DNA from: Nitrosopumilus sp.
GTDB taxonomy: Archaea > Thermoproteota > Nitrososphaeria > Nitrososphaerales > Nitrosopumilaceae
Assembly (NCBI GenBank): GCA_965205675.1
Contig: OZ242186.1
Coordinates: 224,001 to 288,000 of the forward strand
DNA length: 64,000 nucleotides
Direction: 5' to 3'
Below the pieces are notes generated by a model. That model did no database searches, was not told where the DNA came from, and saw only the letters and a list, made by a program, of their open reading frames with translations. Within the stretch, counting starts at the first letter, position 1. Each line of letters opens with the position of its first letter. Below, one piece after another: positions 19,390-31,147 of this stretch. The translations under genes and the position numbers were made by a program.

Positions 19390-22041
19390 ATGGACAATTC
19401 ACAAATAGAAAATACGATCAGTGAGATCCGTAAGCGCAGTGGTGCAGTAACGGCTTTCAATAAAGATAAAATTTCAAATGCCATTTATCAGGCATTGGCA
19501 GCCACCTCTAAAGCCGATCGTGGCGTTGCCGACAAACTAGCAGAGGATGTAGTTAACAAGTTAGTAGAACAAGGATTTACTAGTTCTAGATCACCTACAG
19601 TTGAAGATATTCAGGATGTTGTAGAATCGACTTTAATAGATAGCGGTAATAGTGATATTGCAAAAGCATACATCGTCTATAGACACGAGAGAAGAAAATT
19701 AAGAGACGAAAAAATGAAAGTCTTGAATCTAAAAGCATTAGATCCAGTCTCAAAGAAATTTGATTTAAATTGTTTGAGAGTGTTAGCGTCAAGGTATCTA
19801 TTCAGAAATTCAAAAAATGAAATTACTGAATCACCAACTCAAATGTTTGAGCGAGTTGCAATTCTAGTAGGTATTGGTGACATGCTATATGATTCACAAA
19901 TATTTGATAAATCTGGCAATCACAAACAAGACATTGAACAAGCAAATTCATATCTCGAGAAACTAGATGCTTTTGATTACAAGTTCAAAGTTGGGGATTA
20001 TTTCTTCAATAAATGGCACTTTAGGGCTTTAATCAATCACTATGTAACTCTTGCAAATAAAGGTCAAATGAAAATTAATTTCAAAGATCTTTTGACACTT
20101 CTGGCAGGAAAGAAACTTGAAAGTTATTCAGATAAAATTACTGAATACTTTGAAATGATGACTGGACAAGACTTTCTACCAAATTCACCAACAATGATGA
20201 ATGCAGGTGGAAGGCTAGGACAGCTATCAGCATGCTTTGTACTTGGCATGAATGATGGCATGGAAGATATTATGAAATCTACTTCTGATGCTGCATTAAT
20301 CTTCAAGTCTGGAGGTGGAGTTGGCATCAACTACTCTGATCTTCGTGAAGAAGGCGATATTGTTGCATCAACATCTGGTGTCGCATCTGGTCCTGTATCT
20401 TTCATGAACATCATTAACACGGTCACAGAAGTTGTAAAACAAGGTGGTAAAAGACGTGGTGCAAATATGGGAATTATTGAAGCATGGCATCCTGATGTAG
20501 AAAAATTCATCACCAACAAGACAGAAGCAGGGATTTTAGAGAATTTCAACATTAGTGTTGGAATTTGGGAAGACTTTTGGCATGCACTTGTAAACACTAC
20601 TGATGGTAACTATGTTTTGCGTAGTCCACGTGACAAAAAACCTGTTAAAGAAATCAATGCACATCAACTAATTGATCTAATTGCATTATCTGCTTGGAAG
20701 AGTGCAGAACCGGGTTTGATCTTCTTTGATCAAATTAACAAATACAACGTATTTGCAAAAGCTAGACAGGCGCCACTAAGAGCAACAAATCCATGTGGTG
20801 AACAAAGTCTATATCCGTATGAATCATGCAACCTAGGTTCTATTAACTTGGTAAATCTTGCAAAAAGACAAGCTGATGGTTCTTATGAATTTGATTGGCA
20901 AGGATATGAAGAGATCATCCGAAAGACAACCAGATTTTTAGATAACATCATTGATGTAAATAATTATCCAGTACAAGAAATCAACATAGCCTCAAAAGAG
21001 TCTAGACGAATTGGGCTAGGAGTAATGGGAGTAGCTGATTTACTATACAGACTAAAAATCCCATATAATTCTAAAGAAGGATACAAACTACAATCAAAAT
21101 TATCTGAAGCCTTAACATATTATTCTATGGAAGAAAGTGTTGCACTGGCTAATGCACGTGGTGAGTTCCCACTTTGTGCAAAGACAGAATTTCCTGAAGG
21201 GAAGATTCCAATATCTGGATACTATGAGAAATCAAAAGATGCTCATTCTTATGAATGGGATCCACTCATTAAAAAAATCCAAAAACATGGTATTAGAAAT
21301 GTTTTAACTACTACAGTGGCCCCAACTGGAACATTATCTATGATTGCAGATTGTTCAAATGGAATGGAACCTGCATTTGCGCTAGTGTTTGAAAAGAGAG
21401 TCACTGTTGGAAGATTCTTCTATACAAATAAGATTCTAGAAGAAGCTCTAAAGGAAGAGTGTCTCTACACAGATGAAATTCTTGAAAAGATTGCAGATAA
21501 TTATGGCTCATTGAGTGGAATAGACGAGATTCCACAATGGATGCAAGATGTCTTTGTTACAGCAATGGACATTCATTGGGCTGATCATTTGATGGCTCAG
21601 GGTGTATGGCAAGATTGGATTGGAAATGCAATTGCAAAAACAATCAACATGCCGTATGATGTAACAGTAGAAGATGTGAAATCTGCATATCTACTAGCCC
21701 ATGAGATTGGTCTAAAAGGAATGACTGTTTATCGGGATGGTTCAAGACACAAACAAGTTCTTCATATGACCAGCGAGAATGCAACAAAGACTTTTGAGGT
21801 CACACCGAGTGATTACATGAATGAGTTTGTAACTAAAAACATTACAAATGCATACATAAAATCTCAAGTTAATGCCGCACTTACATTAAAGGTCCATGAT
21901 GAAGAGATCACATTAGAACCTCCAAAACAAGAAGAGATTCCTGAGGACAGATTATGTCCAACGTGTAAAAACACTCTTGTCTTTGTTGAAGGTTGTAGTA
22001 CCTGTATCGAATGTGGATACAGTGGTTGTACTTCTGGATAA
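19390..22041 (+). CDS. nrdJ: Class II (adenosylcobalamin-dependent) ribonucleotide reductase with ATP cone
   Basis: ATP cone; FLPNSPT, LSACFV, TNPCGEQ and TVYRDGSR motifs; C-terminal CPTC...EGC..C..CG; start set to ATG 19390. Confidence 0.95.
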   Translation: MDNSQIENTISEIRKRSGAVTAFNKDKISNAIYQALAATSKADRGVADKLAEDVVNKLVEQGFTSSRSPTVEDIQDVVESTLIDSGNSDIAKAYIVYRHERRKLRDEKMKVLNLKALDPVSKKFDLNCLRVLASRYLFRNSKNEITESPTQMFERVAILVGIGDMLYDSQIFDKSGNHKQDIEQANSYLEKLDAFDYKFKVGDYFFNKWHFRALINHYVTLANKGQMKINFKDLLTLLAGKKLESYSDKITEYFEMMTGQDFLPNSPTMMNAGGRLGQLSACFVLGMNDGMEDIMKSTSDAALIFKSGGGVGINYSDLREEGDIVASTSGVASGPVSFMNIINTVTEVVKQGGKRRGANMGIIEAWHPDVEKFITNKTEAGILENFNISVGIWEDFWHALVNTTDGNYVLRSPRDKKPVKEINAHQLIDLIALSAWKSAEPGLIFFDQINKYNVFAKARQAPLRATNPCGEQSLYPYESCNLGSINLVNLAKRQADGSYEFDWQGYEEIIRKTTRFLDNIIDVNNYPVQEINIASKESRRIGLGVMGVADLLYRLKIPYNSKEGYKLQSKLSEALTYYSMEESVALANARGEFPLCAKTEFPEGKIPISGYYEKSKDAHSYEWDPLIKKIQKHGIRNVLTTTVAPTGTLSMIADCSNGMEPAFALVFEKRVTVGRFFYTNKILEEALKEECLYTDEILEKIADNYGSLSGIDEIPQWMQDVFVTAMDIHWADHLMAQGVWQDWIGNAIAKTINMPYDVTVEDVKSAYLLAHEIGLKGMTVYRDGSRHKQVLHMTSENATKTFEVTPSDYMNEFVTKNITNAYIKSQVNAALTLKVHDEEITLEPPKQEEIPEDRLCPTCKNTLVFVEGCSTCIECGYSGCTSG

Positions 22042-22088
22042 ATAACAGAATCACAACTTTTTTACTTTCTTTTCTTTTCTAATCTATA

Positions 22089-23210
22089 TTGAGAAAAAAG
22101 TCTCTATGCATAATTGTAGGCACAAGCATAGTTATTGTTCTGGCAATTATGGTCTTGAATATTTCTAGTCTCGGCATTATTTCACCTCAATTGACAAATG
22201 AAAAAATTGGTCTTGTAATCAATTCTCCAAATCAATCAACAACATTACAGGACTTGGATAGCATTTATTCAGAAGCATCGGATTCTGGAATTGGAAGAAG
22301 TAATGTCTATCTTTTTTGGAATTTAATTGAGCCAATACGTGGAGAATATGACTGGAAACAATCTGACACACTTATGAGCTTTAACAAAAAAAACAATCTC
22401 CAAGTTACTTTGTATTTTTCTATAATCAATGGTGAAACTCTTGGTCCTTTTCCAACTTGGATTGGAAATCCGTCTCTCAATTCTATAGATGAAGATAGAA
22501 TTGCCAGTGTACTTGATGCAATATTATCAAGATATAACATTGTTGATACAGTAATTTTTGCAGGAGAGACAGAATCTCAGTTTAGATATAAAGAACAAAA
22601 TATTCCCATCTATAAAGAACTATTTAACGGGGTATATGATCAAATTAAAGAGAAACATCCAGATGTAAAAATAGGAAATGCGTTTGCGTTACATCAAGTT
22701 TTGAATAAAAATTTACGAAATACTGTAACTGACTTGCTAATTGGTGATTTTATTGCATTTTCATATTCTCCAGTTGATACATTAAATGATATTGTAAAAA
22801 CTCCTGAACAAGCCAAAGAAGACTTGAAACAAGTGTTTGACTTGGTAGATGATAAAAAAGTTGGACTTTTTGAGATCAGTTGGAGTACATCTGATTTTAT
22901 TGGAGGAAATAATACCGGACAAACAGAATTTTTAGAAAAATCCTTTGAATTCTACACTGAGAATGAATCTAAAATAGAATTTTTCACTTGGTATAGACAA
23001 TACGATAAACCTGATGGAACATGCATAATTGAAGAGTCAGAAATTAGTAGTGTTAACATCAATCCCGGTGGAGGATCTGGATTGGGTAGCAATGAATATG
23101 TAATTGAAAGATTGAGCCATTACATTTGTAATACAGGATTGATTACTAGTGAGGGTATACCTAAATCAAGTTGGAATGAATTTAAAAAACAAATTGGAAT
23201 GTTAAACTAA
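22089..23210 (+). CDS. Membrane-anchored glycoside-hydrolase-like (TIM barrel) protein
   Basis: N-terminal TM anchor; W..IEP..G.YDW and E.SWS GH-A clan-like motifs. Confidence 0.55.
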   Translation: MRKKSLCIIVGTSIVIVLAIMVLNISSLGIISPQLTNEKIGLVINSPNQSTTLQDLDSIYSEASDSGIGRSNVYLFWNLIEPIRGEYDWKQSDTLMSFNKKNNLQVTLYFSIINGETLGPFPTWIGNPSLNSIDEDRIASVLDAILSRYNIVDTVIFAGETESQFRYKEQNIPIYKELFNGVYDQIKEKHPDVKIGNAFALHQVLNKNLRNTVTDLLIGDFIAFSYSPVDTLNDIVKTPEQAKEDLKQVFDLVDDKKVGLFEISWSTSDFIGGNNTGQTEFLEKSFEFYTENESKIEFFTWYRQYDKPDGTCIIEESEISSVNINPGGGSGLGSNEYVIERLSHYICNTGLITSEGIPKSSWNEFKKQIGMLN

Positions 23211-23211
23211 A

Positions 23212-23880
23212 ATGATTTCTTTAATATTATCAGAATCATCATTAGAACTTGTTCCCCCTGAATTAAAACATCACCCATCAGTTATTTCACATGCAAAAAA
23301 ACTTGGAAAATATCCATCAGAAATCTTACTAGACAATTCATGGCATTTTGCAGCTATGAAAGGAATTGAAAATGAAATAAAAAGAGGCCGACCCGATCTA
23401 GTTCATTTTTCAATCCTTGAAGCTACCACAATACCATTGTATCTTCAAAATAAAATGAAAGTATATGTTCATACACTTGATGATAAGGTAATATCATTTG
23501 GAGAAAATGTACATGTTCCTAAATCATATCATAGGTTTGAAGGCGTTATAGAAAAATTATATCAAGAGAAAAAAATTACAGTAAAAAATGATGTTTTATT
23601 AGAAATTAGAGAAAAAACATTTTCTAAACTTCTTGATGAAATTAATCCTTCAAAAATACTTGGTTTTTCTACTGCAGGTAAACCAAATACATATGAAAAT
23701 ATTGCACAAGAGATCACAAATGATACTTGTATTGTATTTGGTGGATTTCAAAAAGGACATTTCTCGGATTCAGTTGGAGATAAAATAACAGATTTGTATT
23801 CAGTTGGAGATAAATCATTTGAAGGACATGTTGTAGTTGCTAGAATGCTTTACGAGTATGAAAAAACCATTTTTATGTAG
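23212..23880 (+). CDS. nep1: Nep1/Emg1 rRNA pseudouridine N1-methyltransferase
   Basis: RGRPDLVH, VPKSYHRF and GGFQKGHF SPOUT motifs. Confidence 0.92.
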   Translation: MISLILSESSLELVPPELKHHPSVISHAKKLGKYPSEILLDNSWHFAAMKGIENEIKRGRPDLVHFSILEATTIPLYLQNKMKVYVHTLDDKVISFGENVHVPKSYHRFEGVIEKLYQEKKITVKNDVLLEIREKTFSKLLDEINPSKILGFSTAGKPNTYENIAQEITNDTCIVFGGFQKGHFSDSVGDKITDLYSVGDKSFEGHVVVARMLYEYEKTIFM

Positions 23881-23902
23881 GAAATAAAATTTTCACGTTA
23901 TT

Positions 23903-23976
23903 GCAGTCATAGTATAGCCTGGTTAGTATTCGGGGTTTCCAACCCTGTGACGCGGGTTCGAATCCCGCTGACTGCA
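23903..23976 (+). tRNA. tRNA-Gly(TCC)
   Basis: Acceptor stem GCAGTCA/TGACTGC+A; anticodon arm CGGGG-TTTCCAA-CCCTG; T-arm GCGGGTTCGAATCCCGC. Confidence 0.95.
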
Positions 23977-24027
23977 TTTTTTAGCCTTCACGAAAACCAA
24001 TTTTTAGGTGTATTTTTAGATAATGTT

Positions 24028-24324
24028 GTGAAACCTGCTGTAAAAAAAATTGCAATGGAGAGGATGCAAATTTTGATTGATAGCGCAATTGGTAATGCTA
24101 GAACAAATCCTAAACTTTCGCAAAGACAAGCTTTTCTTGCCAGAAGAATTAGTACCAAATATAAAATTAAAATGCCATATTACCTCAGAATGGTGTTTTG
24201 CAAAAAATGTAAATCTTTTATTGCACCCGGATTAAATTCACGATTTCGTTTAGGAAGATCATCTGTCAAGTCAATTAAAATTTCTTGTAATTTATGTGGA
24301 CACACTTATCGCAAAATTACATAA
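24028..24324 (+). CDS. rnp4: RNase P protein Rpp21 (component 4)
   Basis: IAMERMQIL and FCKKC...CNLCG..R motifs; start set to GTG 24028 to avoid the tRNA. Confidence 0.88.
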   Translation: MKPAVKKIAMERMQILIDSAIGNARTNPKLSQRQAFLARRISTKYKIKMPYYLRMVFCKKCKSFIAPGLNSRFRLGRSSVKSIKISCNLCGHTYRKIT

Positions 24325-24369
24325 AAATTATTATAGATTTTCATACTTGTTATATCCCAAAAACAGTTC

Positions 24370-24800
24370 ATCCCTTATTCCATATCATATTCCCCCCCTC
24401 CCTGTCTGCTCATCAATAATTTTTGTTTCTTTCTCTGGCATCTTTCTCACATATGCTTTTACAGATATCTCCAGATTGTTCCAACCAAGTGATATGTGTG
24501 GCTTTATGTGATTATATCAGTGAATCAACTAATTGATTCCATCAAACCATTTTTGCTTTCTTTGGATCTTACCGTGAAATTGCTCTAGTTTTCCATTTGT
24601 ATGTGGAATGGTTCACTCTTGCAAGGATCTGTTTTATCTCCAATTCTATCAGTTTCATCTCAAACTGTGATGCTTCTTTTCTTTTGTATTTTGATTAGTT
24701 TGCATAGAATTGGGAATCATGGTCAATTAAGATAGATGCGGGTTTATCTTGCCTGAAACTGAAACTGTTCGTGTTTTATGATATCGCGAGTAGAGTTTCT
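24370..24800 (-). pseudogene. Degraded integrase-core (IS481-like) transposase remnant
   Basis: Frameshifted LARVNH/PHTNGKLEQFHG and YNHIKPHISL motifs. Confidence 0.65.
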
Positions 24801-25013
24801 GTATCCAACGAGTAGATACTTTATAGATAAGGCCACATCTGCATTCTTAGTCCCATTCTCTTTCGATTTGATTATCCATGATACTTGAATGGGATCTAGC
24901 TTTTGCATGCTCGGGATTCTTTCCTCTTTTCCAAACGCATCTTGACTTTAGTTTGAAAGTGATGGGATGAACTAATTTGAGGATAATAGAAAAATAATAG
25001 ATAAACTTAGTTT

Positions 25014-25190
25014 TTACAGTTGCTTTCCTGCTAAAAACCAATTTTCTTTAGGATTATCTTCAAAAACAACAACAACATGATTTTCTTTGGTTTTTAGAAT
25101 TTCAACTGCGGATTTTGTGATTGCTTTTGCATATTCATCTTTTTGTTCCTTAGTTCTACCAGGATACATTGACACAGTGATCAAAGGCAT
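25014..25190 (-). CDS. 4-oxalocrotonate tautomerase family protein, 58 aa (not in ORF track)
   Basis: MPLITVSMYPGRTKEQK...ENWFLAG, with catalytic Pro1 and the GRT.EQK motif. Confidence 0.9.
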   Translation of the reverse strand: MPLITVSMYPGRTKEQKDEYAKAITKSAVEILKTKENHVVVVFEDNPKENWFLAGKQL

Positions 25191-25223
25191 ATTAGTTATA
25201 AATAAAATCAGGAATTTATGCTT

Positions 25224-25991
25224 TCAATAATCTGATCTGTAACCATATCTTGTTCCATATGTAAAATCAGAACTGTATATTTTTTTGTAAATATATCCTG
25301 TTCCTAAACCAACTACAAATCCACCAATGTGTGCAAGATACGCTACACCACCACCTGGAATACCAAATCCTCCAATGAAAAAAGGAAGTAAGTTTTGAAA
25401 GATTAACCAAAACGGTAAGAACCATCTGGCTTGAATATGCATCATTCTCCAAAAGAATCCAAGCATCATAAAAGTTTGAATTCTTGCTCTAGGAAAAATT
25501 ACAAGATATGCACCTAATATACCAGAAATTGCACCAGAAGCTCCAACTGCAGGAATAGGACTAGTAGTATCACCAAGTATGTGAATTAATCCTGCTGTTA
25601 TTCCCCACATTAAGTAAATTCCAAGATATTTTAGTTTGCCAAATTTCTGTTCAATGTTATCTCCAAATATCCATAGAAATAGCAAGTTACCACCAAGATG
25701 AATCAATCCACCATGCATAAAAGTAGAGGTTAACAAAGTAATTTCAGAGAATGCAGGACATTGTTGTATTCCATTACCTGTATCGATTCCACTAAATTCT
25801 CCGGTAACACAAGCTGGTACAGCACCCCAATTGTAAAACATAACAAATGCATTTGAATTATTAAAATCAAAAAACTGTCCAGTGTATGCTACTTCCATAA
25901 AGAACACAATTACATTTGCAATGATTAATGCATAGGTTACTTTTGGTTTGAATCCAGGTGGATGTGGATTCTCATCTCGTAATGGGAACAT
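25224..25991 (-). CDS. Rhomboid intramembrane serine protease
   Basis: H...HL.GN, VGASGAISG and AHIGG motifs. Confidence 0.93.
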   Translation of the reverse strand: MFPLRDENPHPPGFKPKVTYALIIANVIVFFMEVAYTGQFFDFNNSNAFVMFYNWGAVPACVTGEFSGIDTGNGIQQCPAFSEITLLTSTFMHGGLIHLGGNLLFLWIFGDNIEQKFGKLKYLGIYLMWGITAGLIHILGDTTSPIPAVGASGAISGILGAYLVIFPRARIQTFMMLGFFWRMMHIQARWFLPFWLIFQNLLPFFIGGFGIPGGGVAYLAHIGGFVVGLGTGYIYKKIYSSDFTYGTRYGYRSDY

Positions 25992-26099
25992 TAGTTGTTT
26001 AACTTCCATGAAAATCGTATAATAAGATTATTCAGTTTCAATAATTTCTATGATTCTTTCTTTTATTGGAAATTGAATTCCTTGAATGAAAGAATCATT

Positions 26100-27480
26100 C
26101 ATCTATGATGTTTTCTACACATCAATCATCATTATTTTTAACCCAAGATAGAATATTATTTTTAAATTCAGACTGAGCCTGATTTGGTGATTGAATTACT
26201 ATAATAAAATTTCCTTTTGATAATAAATGTCCATTAATGTTGATAAAACTAAATTTGTAGTATCTAATTGTTTATTATCAAACATAATTTTGTGAGGATT
26301 GGGATTTAATGAATTGACATTTCCTATCATATATTTTGAATATATTTCAAAATCTTTTGGCATTATTATCAAATCATATTCAATTAATTTTTGGGATTTG
26401 GTTAAAAGTAATTCTTTAAAACTTACAAAAAATATTACTTCATTAGATGTATGAATAACTTCAGGCTCTCCCAAAAAAGAAATACTTTGTATCTTAAATC
26501 AGTAGTTGTAAATTTCAGAGGAAATGTCATTTTTTAACTAGGTTTTAATTCAAAATTCATTACAGAGTCAGAATTAATTATTACCATTTTATGTATTTCT
26601 TTGATTAATTCTTAATTCAAAACTATATGGATTAGATCTATCTTCAAAAGAATAATCATGTATGGTTATTGTATCCACAGATAACAAAACATTATTCACA
26701 ATTAATACATATGTTGTTGCAAAAAAATTGCCAAAAGTAGTAGAGATTCTAATTTCTTGATGTACTACATTTATCTGTTCAAAATCTTGATATCGATCAA
26801 AAAACATTAAGAATTTTACAGTATCTGATTCAAATAAAAATTCATTAATTTGATCAAAATATAAAATTAATTGAATAGTTTGATTTTTATTTAAATTATT
26901 TTTTATTGTAAATGAATTATTTTCTACAATGTTAATTGCATCTTTGAATTTCATTTCATTAGTTAAAATATTAAAATCAGAATCAATAGTTAAAATTCTA
27001 ATTACAGAATCATATAATCTTCCTGAGATAAACACAGGATTCCTAACAATTATAGACACAAAATCTTTATTGTTCCAACCATTTGGAATAAGTTCTTTGT
27101 TTCCTTCAATAATAACTTGATGAAAATTATCAATTAGAATTTTGATATTTAGATAGTCAAGTTAATTATAGAAAATATCTTTCAAAATTTGTTCTCTATT
27201 TTTTCTTAATTCAAATTTATACGTTACATGTTTAATTATTGCAGACAAATCAGAATTAAATAATTTTAAAGAGATATTTATTTCAGGATTATTTTCATCA
27301 TAAACTGATGGAGAAATTTCAATTGAAAGGGTTGCTCCTTTATCTTCAACAGCATAGGAGGAGGAAATTCGCCTCTTAATCCATGACTAAATATTTGAAA
27401 TTAACCCAATATCGAGAAAAAGACAGAATATAACTATAGTAAAGAGAATTTAAGTTTCTATCGCTAGAAATATCAATTAT
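26100..27480 (-). pseudogene. Degraded large secreted/surface protein gene
   Basis: Consecutive fragments (signal-like start, KHVTY, ILTIDS, VVHQEIRI) broken by stops and frameshifts; very AT-rich. Confidence 0.55.
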
Positions 27481-27850
27481 TAGAATCTCCTTGATTTAGA
27501 AAAATGAGAAGAGAATACTTCTTCAAATAGCAGAAAAGGGAAAATCGATTAATTTCGACAATTTTTTTTATGATGTATTAAAACAAAATCTTCTATTTTG
27601 CAGAGGGCAAAAAAGAAGGAATTCTATTTTTCAGCCACAAGAAATAAGAAAAACGGAAATAAACATCGAAAGATACAATGATAGATTAAACAGAATCTGA
27701 TTAATCTAATTTGATCGCATAAACTGATTAGCATTTTTATTGTTCAAAATATAATGATCGATTAGGGGATGGAGTCATTATTTGATTACTCAGTTGAGTT
27801 TTACACTTTTTCTAAAATTATATCTTTTACATTTGAGGTGTTGATGTAAG

Positions 27851-29293
27851 TTGCCTAAAGTTAAAGAAAATTGTGGTGTAGTTGGAATTTACAGTTTATC
27901 TGGAAAAAATGTCATTCCTATGGTCTTTGATGCTTTACGAGCCTTACAACACAGAGGTCAGGAAGCCTGGGGATTTGCAGTTCCAAACAAGCCTCCATTT
28001 AAGAGAGTGGGATTGGTTTCCCATTCTTCGTCTGATTTTAAAAAACTTGCGAAAGAATATGAATCCTCATGTGTCATTGGCCATGTTAGATATTCTACAA
28101 TGGGTACAAGTACTTTGGATAATGCACAACCTCTCAAAATAAAAGATCTTTGTATTGCACACAATGGAACAATTGCCAATGCACAAGAACTATCTAATCT
28201 AGTTGGAGGTTGTTCTTTTACTCCTCAAAATGCAAGCGATACTTTGGTTGCTGCACAAAGATTAGTTTCACTAATTTCTGAAAATGGTGAAATGGGTAAA
28301 GCGCTATCTATTCTCAAAAATGAAATGATTGGCTCTTATTGTTTTACATTCATCTCTGATGATAATTCTGTTTATGCTGCACGTGATCCTAAAGGATTTC
28401 GTCCGATGGTGTTGGGACATAAAGAATCTGATGATACATACATTGTAACTTCTGAATCATCTGCTATCACTGCAGTTGGTGCAACTCTTCAAAGAGATGT
28501 GGTTCCTGGTGAATTAATCAAACTAAGTAAAATTGGTTTAGAAACTGAAAAATTTTCAACTGATACTTCTCGTGCACATTGTTCTTTTGAATTTACTTAT
28601 TTTGCACATCCTTCAAGTAACATGGAAGGACATAATATCTACATTTCAAGAAAAAGAATTGGGCAGTTTATGGCAAAAAAATTCCCTATCAAAGATGCTG
28701 ATTTAGTCATACCTGTGCCTGATTCTGCAAGACCTGCAGCATTAGGATATGCCCAAGAATTAGGTGTTTCTTTTGATGAAGGCTTACTCAAGGATAGATA
28801 TAGCAAGAAAGGACCATTGCGAAGTTTCATTGAACCTCACCAAAGTGATCGAGTTGATATCAATCGTTGGATTATTCCCATCAGCGAAATCATTAAAGAC
28901 AAACATGTAGTGGTAATTGATGATAGTTTAGTTAGAGGCACTAGCTCAAAGACCATCATCAAGGCACTTCGTCGTGCAGGTGCTAAAAAAATCAGTATGC
29001 TAATTACATATCCTCAAATTAACTATCCTTGTTATGCTGGAATTGACTTTCCTTCTCAAGAAGAACTTGCCACATTTACCAATGGTAAAACTATGACTCC
29101 TGATGAAATTACTGAAATGGTTAGACAAAATATTGGTGTTGACTTTTTGGGATACAATGATGCTGAGAATCTTGCAGATGCAGTTGGAATGCCAAAAAAT
29201 TCAATGTGCTTTACCTGTTCCTCTGGCAATTATGATTCGTTGGGAATAAATCCTGATTTTACTAAACGAGAACAAGTAAAGGCTACAAACTAA
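27851..29293 (+). CDS. purF: Amidophosphoribosyltransferase
   Basis: ENCGVVG (Cys1 after the propeptide), LQHRGQ, DDSLVRGT and C-terminal Fe-S cysteines. Confidence 0.97.
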   Translation: MPKVKENCGVVGIYSLSGKNVIPMVFDALRALQHRGQEAWGFAVPNKPPFKRVGLVSHSSSDFKKLAKEYESSCVIGHVRYSTMGTSTLDNAQPLKIKDLCIAHNGTIANAQELSNLVGGCSFTPQNASDTLVAAQRLVSLISENGEMGKALSILKNEMIGSYCFTFISDDNSVYAARDPKGFRPMVLGHKESDDTYIVTSESSAITAVGATLQRDVVPGELIKLSKIGLETEKFSTDTSRAHCSFEFTYFAHPSSNMEGHNIYISRKRIGQFMAKKFPIKDADLVIPVPDSARPAALGYAQELGVSFDEGLLKDRYSKKGPLRSFIEPHQSDRVDINRWIIPISEIIKDKHVVVIDDSLVRGTSSKTIIKALRRAGAKKISMLITYPQINYPCYAGIDFPSQEELATFTNGKTMTPDEITEMVRQNIGVDFLGYNDAENLADAVGMPKNSMCFTCSSGNYDSLGINPDFTKREQVKATN

Positions 29294-29334
29294 ATCAATT
29301 TAGAGATTTAATTAAATATGGATTAAGATCTTCA

Positions 29335-29619
29335 ATGTTTATGCAAGCTATATGGAATAATGTTGTCATTGCTGAAAGTAGTAATACTATAGAAGTCGAA
29401 GGGAATCATTATTTTCCATTTGATTCAATCAAAGAAGAGTATTTCAGAAAAACTGAATTTGTCACTATTTGTGGTTGGAAAGGAAAGGCTAATTATTATT
29501 CTGTAGTTGTTAATGAAAAAACCAACAAAGACTGTGCTTGGTATTATGCAGAACCAAACGATGCTGCCTCAAAAATTAAAGGCATGATCGCATTTTGGAA
29601 TGACGTAGATATAAAATAA
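29335..29619 (+). CDS. DUF427 protein
   Basis: VIAES, EGNHYFP, C.WKG.A.YY and AWYY motifs. Confidence 0.9.
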   Translation: MFMQAIWNNVVIAESSNTIEVEGNHYFPFDSIKEEYFRKTEFVTICGWKGKANYYSVVVNEKTNKDCAWYYAEPNDAASKIKGMIAFWNDVDIK

Positions 29620-29743
29620 GTTCACTAGTCTTCATCAAATGTTCTTTCCATAAATTATTTCGTGGCATCTTCAACAGTGATTCCTCCACAGTATTTCGTG
29701 GTCTATGAGTATCTCGTTTGTTATCAGTACTTGGGAAAGTAAC

Positions 29744-30887
29744 TGAGACTTGGGCATAACTAATTCTAATTTTTGAGTCAATTCTCAAATTATTCAAATC
29801 AAAAAAGCTAAGGATCTTATCATGTTTTGTTCATTGGAATGTCAAAACAAATGAAAATCCCTAGGCAAGATTCTATCGGAATCATTTCTTATTGGTGTGT
29901 TACATTTGGTGGGAATGTTGTCTTTGTATGAGGAAGTATTCAGATCGGGCAGGACCGTATGTCTATTCAACTATTCTAATGGTGCAACTATTTATCATAA
30001 AGTCGTGGATGAAAATTCCTAGTAACAATACGTTTCATTATTTTCTTTTGACTAAAGGTACTGATGATAAATTGTTCAAGGTTTGCAGATTAACTCGGAA
30101 TTCCAAACAGAAGAACCATTGACAGACGATTTCAAGTTCTGCCAATTGGCGATATCGTTGGGACAATGAAAAGTCAGTTTATCTCCGATAAACTAGTCGA
30201 TGACATATCTGCATCAGTTGATAGTTCAATGCTAAAAGCTACAGGTCCAGTATGGCACAAATCAGACATGAAGAATAATCGTTTACCAATTTCAGGAATT
30301 GACACTGATTGTTCAATGGGGATTCTCCAAATCAAAGGGTTGGACATACGGATACAAACTGCACATGAGTTGCAGTACTGGCAAACTGGTTATTCCATTA
30401 TCTGCTGATGTCTCAACTGCAAATGTTTCTGATGGTAAAATGTATTATACAATAGTTGAACCGCTTTCAGGACTGGTTGAGAATATTTTATGTGATCCAG
30501 CATATGATAAATCATTATATCAGTTTAGTGATGAGAAACATTTGAGATTAATTTGTCCTATCAAAATATATCCATCAACGCCACCAGAGCGAATCAAACT
30601 TGCAGATTTTTATAATTCTGTACAAGGTCAAGAGTTATACTCACAAAGAAAAGTTTCGATTGAACCTTTATTTGAAATATTCAAAGATACGTTCAACATT
30701 AGAACTGTACATGTGAAAGGATTTGACAACGTGAAATCATTTGGATTGGTTTGCGTGTTGGTGTATCAACTTGCAGTATATTACAATTGCATAACAAAAA
30801 CAGAGAATCCAAGAATTGTGAAGAGAATGCTGTGTTGCTAGAGTGATATTGGAAATTATTTTTGTAATTGATTATGCCCAAGTCTCA
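29744..30887 (+). mobile_element. IS5/IS982-like DDE element with frameshifted transposase
   Basis: 16-bp TIRs TGAGACTTGGGCATAA / TTATGCCCAAGTCTCA; transposase in three frames (SVDSS, GYKLH, CDPAYD, R..IEPLF). Confidence 0.88.
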
Positions 30888-31147
30888 ATTATTCATGATG
30901 CTGTATGTAACGTTCTGATCAATATCATGTAATGTCAACCAAATCAGATCAATGGATCATAAAATTTTGTTAGAAAGTATATTCAATGATTTACAAAAAT
31001 ATTTTCATTACTTTAAACCATTTTCTTCTATTTTTAATTTTTGGGAAAAATTCTAAGATGAATCATAATTACTTTTATCGTTTTGGAATCTAATTTAATA
31101 ACTGAATTCAAAAATAATTATATGTATTGTTTAAATCTTCATGATGG

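Noticed and set aside
23947-24027. N-terminal extension of Rpp21
   Set aside because: Overlaps the tRNA-Gly gene
24847-25041. 64-aa minus-strand ORF
   Set aside because: Overlaps the tautomerase gene end, lies beside an IS remnant, and has no recognisable motif
29576-29797. 73-aa minus-strand ORF, possibly the tail of another transposase
   Set aside because: Spans the IS terminal repeat, and the motif evidence is too weak to call
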